Below, one piece after another: positions 16,030 through 27,299 of a DNA stretch of 64,000 nt. Position 1 is the first letter of the stretch, and every line of letters starts with the position of its first letter. Source of the stretch: Eimeria praecox (lineage: Eukaryota); the NCBI GenBank assembly GCA_963920595.1, contig OY986950.1, positions 1,488,001 to 1,552,000 on the forward strand, written 5' to 3'. The translations under genes were made by a program, and so were the position numbers. The notes under the pieces are model-generated. The model ran no database searches, was not told the origin of the DNA, and saw nothing but the letters and a program-made list of their open reading frames with translations.

Positions 16030-18095
16030 ATGGATAAAGATGTCAAGAACAAAACGGAATCCCCTCCAGGCGCCGCCGCAGCCGCAGCCCCGACGTCAGC
16101 GGCGGATGTCGACCAGTGGGCAGATAATGTTTTAACTCAATTCGTGAGTAATCTGTTGTGAAAGAAATTGAAATCACCCATAATTCAATTAAGCAATGAA
16201 ATATAAACCTGAAAGAGCGCTTTCCTTGCCGTGATGCGCCTTGGATGCCCGCGGTGGTATCACCGTTGCAGGTCCTCTGGGGCGGGTGCTGCTGTCTGCA
16301 TATGCATAATCCATATAAATATCATTGAAGCTGTTGAAATCGATATATTAAGGGGAAATAAGGAGAAAGCTGGAGATAAGAAGGAAATCAGCCACAAACG
16401 TTCACTCAGATCATCCTTTGCATGAAAATACACACATCGCAGAGCAGGCGAGCTGTGCAACTGCTGGCAACCAAGCACAAATGCGGCTCCAAAAGAAATT
16501 GTTGTACTTTAATTTTCGCCTTTTTCCATTTCAATATTATCCTTATACATATAGTTTTACTGAGACACAACCAGCTGCTGCTTCGCTTGTGGGGCGGAAC
16601 TCGCATTTCGATGCTCGTCAGTGGTTGGCAGCTTACAGCCCGGCGAGCCCAAAGAAGCACAAGGCTGTCTTAAATTTCACAATATAAGAAGAAAATAGTT
16701 AATATTTATTAGAACAAGTTGATCTACGCAATTCCGTGCATAATTTTAGAGATAGAAGTCTGTGTTGCAAGCGAAACCCTGCATCGCGATCATTAGTTCC
16801 TCCCTCTGCACGAATATGAATAATCAGCGATTAGAGAATAAAGGAAAGCAGCAACAGCCTCCAGTTGAATTCCTAGAAAATTGATGCTTCAATTAACCAT
16901 TTTATATCCTAGTTTTTCCTTAGTTTCAGAAGCCGATTCAGGTGTACGCACGGTTTTGTGAATATCGCATTCCTCGATCGCCCAGTTAATTCTTGAAGTG
17001 CTGGGGTATTAACCTGAGTTTCACCGCCGAATGTTTGATGTTTGTACTTCTTAGAGTTTTTAGAGGCAAGGGGTCATGGGAAAGGGCGAACAAGAACATC
17101 ATAGCTAGAAATGAGCTTAAGAAGAGCTTTCTGCGCCTGGTTGGTGGTGGAGGTCGTCGGCTTCTTCAGCGTTTGTCGTGCTGATGAGCCTGAGGATTGT
17201 TGCATTCCAACTGATGGTATCATTTAATCTTTTCTCTCTTTTCTTCTGCCATAAATATTCCTCTTATTCTCCTTTTTCTGCTGTGTTTCAGCCTCCGGCG
17301 AGCATGAAGTGGCTAGAGGTGTGTTTTTTCATGAACACATTTAAAGGAAAACCACAGCAGAATAAAATCTACTTTCCCCTCATTTACTTTGCAGCTATTC
17401 GGGAGCAGATAAATCACCATGCGCACTTAGAGCACGAAGAATCTGCACTCGTGCGCAAGCTAGTAAGGAGGCATTCTGGCGGCAGTACATAAAACGCTTC
17501 GAGAGTAATTTGGAGGGAAAGTGCAGGCAAAAGATGCTGAGGCGAGGCATCACAAAGAGGGTCAGAGATGCACTCATTCATAGACTGACGGAAGCTTAGC
17601 TCATCTTTACTCTCAGTCGTGAACGACCTGCTGCAAGCAGAACGGGTAGACAGCATTTATTCTCTGCTGCCCGTAGATAAACCCATTATAGAGAAGCAAT
17701 GTACAGCAAATAACCAAAGCCAAGGAGGCCGAAGCAGACGCTGAACATGAGTAAGCTGGATACACACAAAACTAATGCAGAGAGCTAGCATAACAACCTG
17801 CTGCTTGACTCCTTTCAGATTACGAGAGGAGGTGCGTCAGCTCGTTCTATTTATCCCTCAGTGCAGAATCAACAGAAACTCAGGAAGAGAAAGAGAAACA
17901 CGAAGCAGCCGAAGCCACAGGTAGACAGCTATCAGGTCTAGAGAGACGCACATATGACGGAGTGTGTATCTTGTAGTTGCTGCTGAGCTGAGTGCGGTGG
18001 AGGAGCAAAAGGAATTGAACGAAGAGAAAGAAAACTTAAGAAATCTTATTGAACAGGAGGTAGTCCCCAGACAAATACGCGAATGTTTCTATCTG

Positions 18096-18140
<45 letters not shown>

Positions 18141-18844
18141 CTTCAGCGTAGAGTGGCTGAGGGGATTGAGAAGCTCACAGGGGAGGCCCCTGAGGTGTGT
18201 CTTACGGCTGCTGCCTCATCGGTGCTGCAGCAGCTAAATGCCCTTTTCTAGAAAGAAGCAGAGGAACAAGCAGCAGCCGAAGCAGCACTTGCTGAAGAAG
18301 AAGCTCTCGCCGCTGAGGCAGAGGCTGCTCAGGGTGTGTCAACAAGTTTAATGTTGAGAAAGAGGCCTCGTGCATAAACCCTAAACCCTAAACCCTAAAC
18401 CCTAAACCCTAAACCTCAATACTCGCCCATACAATCCGATGCGGCGCGAAACACAGAGGAAGAGAAAACGGAAGGAGAGAAAGAGCAGCAGCAAGAGCCC
18501 GAGGAGGAGGAGGCTGCACCAGCAAGTCATCCTGAAGCATTAAACAGTGGGTTCCCCCCTATTTATTTATGTATCTAAAGAAATAGCGATTCCTTCTCTG
18601 CATGCAAATACCCCGCCAGCATCAGCAGAAACTCTCAAGGAGATTCCCGCTGAAGAGGAAGAAGAACCAGAGGAGGTGCGGAGAGAAACAACAAAAAAAA
18701 TAATTGAAGAAATATAAAATAATAATTATTATAATTTCATCTATTAATAAATTATCCTGCTGTACATACAGGAAATCGAGGGGCCGCAGGAAGGCCTCTT
18801 CCTTCAGAGAAATAATACTAAGAGACAAGTGCTGCGCAACATAA
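16030..18844 (+). CDS. Multi-exon hypothetical acidic/coiled-coil protein (internal exon structure uncertain)
   Basis: First exon 16030-16143 (MDKDVKNK..DQWADNVLTQF|GTGAGT). Short GT-AG-bounded E/K/A-rich exons follow: IREQINHHAHLEHEESALVRKL, QITKAKEAEADAE, AELSAVEEQKELNEEKENLRNLIEQE, RRVAEGIEKLTGEAPE, KEAEEQAAAEAALAEEE. The last exon is EIEGRRKASSFREIILRDKCCAT*. Confidence 0.6.
18375..18415 (+). repeat. Intronic telomere-like (TAAACCC)5+
   Basis: Read directly. Confidence 0.92.
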
Positions 18845-18893
18845 CTGCCATGAAGAAAAGATTCTACTGACCTCAGCAGCAGCAGCAACAGCA

Positions 18894-18930
<37 letters not shown>

Positions 18931-19359
18931 CAGAAACATTCTATAGAACTAGAATAATATAACCCCATTAAAGAGGCCGCCCTCAGGCTTCGGAGGGAGC
19001 TTTCAATAGTTGATTGTATTTGCATATTTTGCTGAAGACACAAACAAAGAACGCTGCTGTGCATGCAGCAGTTACTCCTGCTAACAAAGCAAACCCCTTC
19101 GCTACACTTGCTGCAGCACACACTGTTTCAAAAAAACACCAACGCTGCTGCTGTTGCTGCAGCAGTTGATGCAGCAGCAGCTGCTGTTGCTGCAGCAGCA
19201 GCTGCTGTTGCTGCAGCAGCAGCTGCTGTTGCTGCAGGAGTTGATGCAGCAGTTGCTGTTGCTGCAGCTGCCGTTGCAGCAGCTGTTGCTGCAGCAGCTG
19301 CTGCTTGATTCGAGCAGTGTATCTGTTCGTCTGTTCGTATGAAGATCCCGCAGAAGATA

Positions 19360-20351
19360 TTAAGACAAGTTGTATATCTCTGTATTGTTTCTGAGGTCTT
19401 CAACTTTGTATACGAAGAACTTCATCTCTGTGTTGTGGATGGAAGGCGACACCGCAGGCAGCGGCCATCGCAGGGAGACGATACACCTGAGAGCAGAGGA
19501 GCTGCGAGCAAGCTCGTAGAGCCTAGGGAGCAGCATCTTCAGGGCCTCAGGAAGAAGATAGAGAAAGCTGCAAGAAAAGAAAATTATAATAATAAAGATA
19601 CGCTGTGAGGCAGGGCCCCCTCTGCTGCTGAGCTGAAGAGGGGCAGCGCAGTGCAGCAAAGGGCCAACATGCATATACATAAATGCAAATAGAGATGTTA
19701 ATATAAATATAATATTTAGATATAGATATATAGATATAGAAATATAGATATAGATACAGATGTAGATATAGATATAGATATAGATAAAGATATATATACA
19801 TATAGATATAGATATAGATATAGATATAGATATAGATATAGATATAGATATAGATATAGATATAGATATAGATATAGATATAGATATAGATACAGATATA
19901 GATATAGATATAGATATAGATATAGATAGATATTTAGATATAGATACAGATATAGATATAGATATAGATATAGATAGATATATAGATATAGATACAGATA
20001 TAGAAGCCCACATGACAGTTGCCTTTGAAAGCTCCAACTCGGGTTTCATGAAGTCGCACTGCCGAAACTCTGCACGAATGTTTGCAGATCTTTTCGAGGC
20101 ATTTCGCTGAGCCCTCTCTACCAGAGAGCCGTCTAACTCGACGCCTACACCTGTAGCAATATAGAACAAGTATAATAGATATTGTATTGTTATATATATA
20201 TATATATATGCCATACTACTATTAATGTGAGGAGTGTATGTAGAGGGGAAGTCTTGAGCAAAGAAAAGGACAGACACAAATACATTGAACGGCCTGTAGT
20301 AGTATGATTATAAGTAAGGATTAACTCAACGTATGCAGGATCAACAAAACA

Positions 20352-20414
<63 letters not shown>

Positions 20415-21327
20415 CAAGGAAGGGACAGACGCACCGGCGCAGTTTGAGAGACGGCAGCACTCGATGATGAATCGGCCATCGCCACATCCCAGGCTGAGAA
20501 AACATCCAACTTCGCATGAAGACGAAAAGATAAAATATGAGAAGTACTAAACATGAACAAAGAACAAATTCAAGTGTATCTTGAGGCTATGGGGGGGAAG
20601 GGGGGGGGAGGGGGGGGGGAAAGAGGGAGGAAGACGTACTCATACACCACATCGTCCTCAGTTAGACGAAGAGCGTCGATAATAGAGCGGATTTTCTCCT
20701 ACAGGCGAAGCAAGAAGATAACATTTAATTTGAAATCCAAAGAAAATCCCTCAATAGAAGATTCGAGAAGAGGCGGCTCGTGTAGTGCTTACCAATGGTG
20801 TGCCCCTGCATTTATTCAGAGCAAGAAAACAATAAAGATAATAATAAAAATAGATAAATAAAATTAAATAGGAAAATACAAATAGGATGTAAAGATTATA
20901 TCTATTCAGATATGTATCCACGTAAAAACTCGCTTAAATAATATATCTTTATAATCGTTCAATATATAAAGTCAGGCCCACTGAAAAGGAGAAACGAAGC
21001 CGCCTACATCCCAACCGTCTTCTGTCTTGGCCTGAGAGAAGGACCGCAACAATCCTACGAAAATATGAGGAGATAGATAGATAGATAGATAGATATATAC
21101 ACAGAGAGAGAGAGAATAGATATCCCTACGCATGGAAGAGGGAGATTGACGTATGTAAATACACCGCAAATATGCGTACGAAGCCAAATGCCTACATTGT
21201 CGGGGGCAGATCGACGAAAAGGCATCCATTCATCTTCATCCTCATCTTCGGAGTAGTTGAACGCCTCTGGAGTTGCTGCATCTTCAATAGCCTGTGTGGT
21301 TGAGGCATTTCGAGCTGAAGATGCCAT
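19360..21327 (-). CDS. Class I SAM-dependent methyltransferase, FAM173 (ATPSCKMT/ANTKMT)-like; 219 aa, 7 exons
   Basis: Phase-consistent exons 21327-21196, 21031-20982, 20805-20793, 20698-20640, 20493-20435, 20150-20012 and 19567-19360 (660 nt in total). They give [50 protein letters not shown] and IVSLRWPLP. Confidence 0.87.
19717..20003 (+). repeat. Intronic (ATATAG)n hexamer microsatellite
   Basis: About 290 bp of ATATAG with ATACAG variants, inside the last methyltransferase intron. Confidence 0.95.
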
Positions 21328-22335
21328 TTGCTATGGGTATGCATGCGGTGTATATACACCGCAAAATGAGGTGGGGGGGAAGATGCTCGCTGGAGAGGCT
21401 TGGATCTTCACCCACTCATGAAGTTCCCCCGGATCTGTTGAATTAAATATTAAAATGACAATTTAGATGAAAATACAAAAGATTTGAATCATGAATTGTA
21501 TCGCTTTCCCTGAGGTTGCCATCAAGAGGCCCTAGGATGCTTCATCGAGGGGCCTGCCCGCGTTTTTTTATGAGTATCTCATCTACGATTATTGATTACT
21601 TAACGACATTTTCTATTTCAAATAAATAACAATTCATCTTTGTTTTTTCTTATCTTCTTTTTACTTCTTTCAGAGCCGCTGCAGCCCGCGTTATAGTCGC
21701 CAGCCAATGAGCCACAGCATGCAGAGCGGACAGACACTTGGAGGAGTTGGTGGTTGATTGGGTTCTTCGTATATTTGTCTTTAGTTATTATTTATACTTT
21801 GCAATATAATATTTCGCGTTTTTCTCTTCTTACGCCGCACATTGCCCCCCAGCTGCGCCGACGGGGAGGCCGTGCCAGGTAGGCGACGACCCTCTCTCTG
21901 TGCACTAGGGCATAGCGGCACCCCTTCACGCTTCTTTCAAGTTTGTCTTTGTTTCTCTTGTATTCTTTAATTGCCTCATCCTCTATTGAAGCCTTAGGGG
22001 CCCCTCGCTCTAAAACTGCGGCAAGCCAACAGCCTTAGCGAGCCTCTATCTATCACATGAGCCGCGCCTTGAAGCGGCCAGGGGCGTATCTGATATTCTA
22101 GTAAGACATCATACAACTCTGTTGTTCTCTCAATAGAATATCCTCAATCTCCTTGTTTTCTTTGTTATATACTACTGCTTCAAACGATTGCATTGCCGCT
22201 CTTATCGGATTTGTCTTGTCCCCTGCGCTTGTTGTATACTTGGCTTATAAGAGGACGTCGTTTATTGAGCTTGTTTATATATATAACAAGTATATTTAAA
22301 GGAGAATCTTCCTTCGGGTGTATCTACTACACAAT

Positions 22336-23724
22336 ATGGAGGTGAGATTCGCTGCATGCAGCCCCTCAGGTGTATCGACAGCTGGTGTAGGCTGTCTGTA
22401 TCTCTATATCGTATCGTTTGATACAGACGGACAGCTCTTTGCATGCAGCTAATAGAACCCCACAACATCTTCTTATCTTTTGTATATTATAAACAGAAAA
22501 GAGAAGAGAAGGCTTCTCTCTATCTTGTAGGAATAAATAATATCTTCGTTTCTTTGTTGTCTTCGTCTGCAGTCTGGCAAGGAGCCCACAGGATCTGCTG
22601 CTACGGGGGCTCAGGGAGCAAAGCCGCCTTCTACAGCAGCAGCAGCAGCACCAGCAGCAGCAGCAGCAGCAGCACCATCTTTGTCAGGATCAGCTTCTGG
22701 TGATGCATCCGTTAGATCTGCTGCTGCTGCTCCTGCTGCAGCAGCAGCAGCAGCACCAACAGCAGCAGCAGGGCAGCAGGACGCCCCTAGAGCAGCTGCA
22801 TCAGCACCAGGTGCAGGAGGAAGGAGGAGGTTGTTAGATAGTGATGACGAATCTCCTTTAAGGCCTCGAGGTAAGAAAAATAAATTAATCTCTGAGAGCT
22901 CAGACGATGAAGTTGTACTCGGAAAGATGAACATAGCTCCTCCTCGCACGCAATCAGAAACAGCAGCACCAAAGGCTGCAGCGCAGCAGCAGCAACAGCA
23001 GCAGCAGCAGCAGCAGCAAAAGCAGCAGCAAAACGGCACCAACAAAACAGCAGCGCCGGCAAAACCGAAACCCCCAGGTAAGGAAGAGGCCCTTAGAGAA
23101 GGAGAGGCGATGAGACCCATAGCCTCCCTGTATACAAAGCTAGTGGGGGGGCTCGTGCTGTTAGGAAGATATCGCAGCAGAAACAGCAGCAGCAACTGCA
23201 GCAGCAGCAGCAACAACAACAACAGCAGCAGCAGGAGTAACGGTGCATAGCTTGTGTGTTTTGATTGCGTTCAGCCAAGAGCCGACGGCCGAGCGGGGAT
23301 GATAGCAGCAGCAGCAGCGGCAGCAGCAGCGGCAGCAGCAGCGGGAGTGGTAGCAGCGGTAGCGACAGCAGCAGCGGGAGCGACAGCAGCAGCGGGAGCG
23401 ACAGCAGCAGCGAGAGCAGCAGCAGCGAGAGCAGCAGCGGGGAGGAGTCGGATGCTCGCTCCAGAAGCCGTACAAAGTCTGGCAGGTCAGCGAATAAGAA
23501 GAAGCCTGTAGTTAAGACGAAGGCATCAAAGCAACGTCAAGCTAAAGCAGACGGGGGGGGGAAGCCACGGGGTGTACGTCCACCTCCTGTCAGCAGCAGA
23601 AAAACAGGAGAGTTAGTTGATAGTGATGAAGAAGAAGAACAAGAAATTAGTATGGGGACATTCGATCCAAAGAAAAGAAGTGCTAAGGACAGGCTTGTCG
23701 CTCAATTCCTCAGAAGGTAAGACA

Positions 23725-23808
<84 letters not shown>

Positions 23809-24179
23809 GCTTACTATCTTCATAGAGTCTATTATACTGTTGGTGCTGCTATTGCTGCTGCTGCTGTTGCTGCTGCTGCTATTGCTGCTGCGGCGCAGCA
23901 ACAGCAGCAACAACAGTTGTTTTGTGTTGGTTGCTATGTTTGTTGTCGCTGCATGTACTGTTTACTCTGAAGCTTGTTGGCGTTCTTCATGCATGTGTTG
24001 GTGTTTGGCTGATTGTGTGAGTTGTCCTCTCCTATGATGTTGTATTTATTTTGTTTTCTTTGTGTTTGTTTGAGGATATCAACATACATCAGCTATTAGC
24101 AAAACCCCCACACCTAACACACTTAATGGGAGGGCTGTGGTTTATGTGAAACCTCGCTGCGCTGCAGCAGCAGCAGCAA

Positions 24180-24214
<35 letters not shown>

Positions 24215-24530
24215 GCAACGATAGCGACAGCAACAGCAACACCACCACCAACAACAACACCAGCATCAGCAGGAGCAGCAGGAGCAGCAGGAGCCGCAGG
24301 AGCAGCATCAGTATTATGCTTGGTGTGTGTGTGTTTGTATGTATTTATTTGATTTGTTAGGTGGTGGTACGCCTGGCCTCAGTGGCCTCCTGCGGATTTT
24401 GATTACTCGAAGGAATTAGAAAAGAGAAAATTAAAATGGGTTTCTCTTGAAGAGTATGAAGATTTAGATGATGTAGATAAAAATGGCTACACCAAAGTAT
24501 ATCAAATATCAGCTTTCCCAGGTACTGGCT

Positions 24531-24608
<78 letters not shown>

Positions 24609-25397
24609 AGCTATATAATACACTTCATGCATGCATGAACTGCGGTGTACGCACACCTCAAATTCTGAATTGCGGGGTCGTTTTTTTTTAATTTTTTTTT
24701 TTGTTTTTTGTTTTGTTTCTTAAGAATGAAGATTTTTGGGGGAAATGTTTGTTGTATGTAGGTGTATTTCGGGACCCCCACGGTAACGCAATAGATCTGC
24801 GGCCTGAAGAAGGCCGCCCCAGCTACAGAAATGCGCGGCAATTGTCGGAGTTAGAGTTATTAGAGTTAATAGCTAAGGCAATAAGAGGTCAAATGGTGGC
24901 TCTTAAGTCTTCGCCTTTCGATGAAACGGCTCTTCAACGAGCTCTTCAGCAGGTAAGAAAGCGTAGGCAGATATAAACATATATTTATTTATTTATTAAG
25001 CGTAGGCAGATATAAACATCTGTTTATTTATTTATTACACTGTGCTATAAAACCACAGCAGTTTCTCTCACGTCATGTTTATATGATGAAGGAGAAGAGA
25101 ATCTTAAGTTAAAACTAGACATACAGACTACAAATGTATATACTCGTTTAGCCCTTCACTTGAATGGTGCTGTCGACTGTACTGTCTGTGTGTTAGATAA
25201 TTGTAAAGGGGAGAGAGTGTTGTTTCGAACAATATGGCTTACTGTCTCTCCCCTATACAACTCTTCTCGATGCATGATTTGATGTTTATTATTTATCTGG
25301 GGGACTCCTTTGACTGTTTTTGCAGGAGTTGGAAGAAGTAGAAACAGAATACAAACAAATGCAGAGGAGGGCGGAGGCTGCTAAGGGCCGGCCTTAA
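22336..25397 (+). CDS. Hypothetical protein with an S/D-rich N-terminus and a C-terminal RWWY-WPP..DLRP domain
   Basis: Phase-consistent exons 22336-22341 (ME), 22573-23077, 23275-23716, 24361-24521, 24762-24952 and 25326-25397. Globular-looking block: LVAQFLRRWWYAWPQWPPADFDYSKELEKRKLKWVSLEEY..GYTKVYQISAFPGVFRDPHGNAIDLRP. Confidence 0.78.
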
Positions 25398-26034
25398 GGA
25401 CCCGCTATCCTGTTTGAGTGTATAGGCAGCAGAAATGAATAATACTCCTGAGGGAATAAATACGCGAGTAGCTGCAGACAGAAAGAGTGTGCGGGTTTGC
25501 CCCATGTACGTAGACTTCGGGTGTATGTACAGAAGAACTTGACTGGCTGCGCACAGCCTTCATTGAAATCGTTCTTTGTGTTTTAAAGGAGCCGAAAGGC
25601 TAAACAAGGACCGTATCTTCCACTCTGCAGGTGGCAGTTAGTTATTCTGATGCCGTTAGACAAAGCTTGACATAGGCCTATTCTCATGGATGTCTGCGGT
25701 GTACGTACACCCGACATACCGCATTTAGCTCTGCGTGCTACGCAGTTTATAATTACTTAACAGGATATATGTGGGGGGTGCACTGATTTGAATTATTTTC
25801 AACAATAAGCGCCTTCACATTTCGTCTTCTCTCCACCCACACTTCTTGAAAAGTGTGGAAATTCCGAACTATCATACAACATTTAAACTCAGTGGCGAAC
25901 TCGAGAAATTCGCCTCCTTTTGAGAGGAACTGTAGTCTTCTTTTTTAGAACTAAAGCCCTTTTTCATGTTGGGGGTTTAATTTTGAGGGTTTACGTAATA
26001 AAGCAGCAAGCAATAGTAAAGCAGAAGGAATGCA

Positions 26035-26104
26035 ATATGGGGGGAGTCGAACCCGTGACGTACTGATCCCGAAACGGGAATCGTACCACTAGGCTAAACG
26101 AGTT
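26035..26104 (-). pseudogene. tRNA-Pro(CGG)-like pseudogene / Pol III element
   Basis: The minus strand reads AACTCGTTTAGCCTAGTGGTACGATTCCCGTTTCGGGATCAGTACGTCACGGGTTCGACTCCCCCCA. The A box (TAGCCTAGTGG, 26096-26086) and B box (GGTTCGACTCC, 26053-26043) are intact. The acceptor and anticodon stems do not pair properly. Confidence 0.7.
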
Positions 26105-27299
26105 TATGACCCCGCTCTCAACACCCCTCAGCCTCTATCAGCATTGCGTATCTAGCAAAGCAGATACTATCTTCTTTTCTATTGTGGCGACGAATTATTA
26201 TGAATTATTGTAATCTTGTCTTTGTGTATTTTCTAATCTGTCCGCCCCTCGTCAAACAACTCAGCCGCACTTATCGGCAGCGGCCAACGCTGATGTGGGG
26301 CAGCAAATGTTGATTTCCGCATGTAAGGGACTACCCGTCCGTCCATCTGGCCAACGCCTAGGGATGGCGGGAGAAGACCATGCGTATAATTTTGTTTTTA
26401 TGTCAAAGGTTTCGTGTTCCGCGTGAAAATTGTTAAACACAAACAAACTCTTCATCACCCGCTGTATGTTGCACCTCCGAAACACATTTCTAACACTTTA
26501 AGGTACCGGTACAAGTGTCGGCTGCTACACAACCACAAACAACAAACTAGGACAAACCCATGACATGGACAAAACACGCAAAGATGCAAGCAATATATCA
26601 ATCAACCAGACGGAATACGGGCGAAGAAGCCTCACGAAAGCCAGCAACGGCGGCCCCGGTTTCCTGTTCCACGTGCATTCTGAGTAAATTACACCTTTTC
26701 AATATCCTAATTAAATATTCTGCAGTATGGCATGGAAACAGCGCACCCCATCAGCCCGCTGCACCCTGGAGATAAGCCGCACAAGTATGCGCAGCTGTAT
26801 CTTCAAAACATACGAATCGTTAAGATGGCATCTAATACCCTTTTGCAAATAAAAAAGCACTGAAAAAGAATAAAACAAATTAAATGATGAAGGACATTCT
26901 GTTCAGATCATAATCAATCATGGGGCCTTCGCTTGCGGGCTGTGGGGAGGGGGAGCCCTACGGGGAGTTACTGGGGCTGTTTTGGGCGTACTGTTTTGCA
27001 CGCAGCCAAAGCCTTGTTAAGTCGATTATTGAAAATAAACAACAAACCTCCAAGTAAAATGATGTTATAAATTCAGTTTCGACGTTAAAGCATAAATAAC
27101 AGAAAAATTAATCTCACTCATTAACCAAAAGGTCACCTATGGTAGCGCTTGGCAGCAGATGTTAGTGTAGGGTAACGACAGTCATCAGTCTTGGTCGAGA
27201 GCTAACGCGAGCTGCACGGGGATTAACTTAAAAGAGGAATTCCCAAACTGAAACTAACCTCCCCTCTAAATGCCACACTTCGTGGGCACAGGGGCCCAT

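Noticed and set aside
22058..22102. MSRALKRPGAYLIF resembling an HMG-box start
   Set aside because: It is followed by a stop, and no in-phase continuation gives an HMG box. More likely a uORF in a spliced 5' UTR.
24959..25036. 39-bp tandem duplication at an intron start
   Set aside because: Simple slippage duplication that does not include the splice donor.
26035..26104. Functional tRNA gene
   Set aside because: The acceptor stem cannot form and the anticodon stem is mispaired; kept only as a pseudogene.
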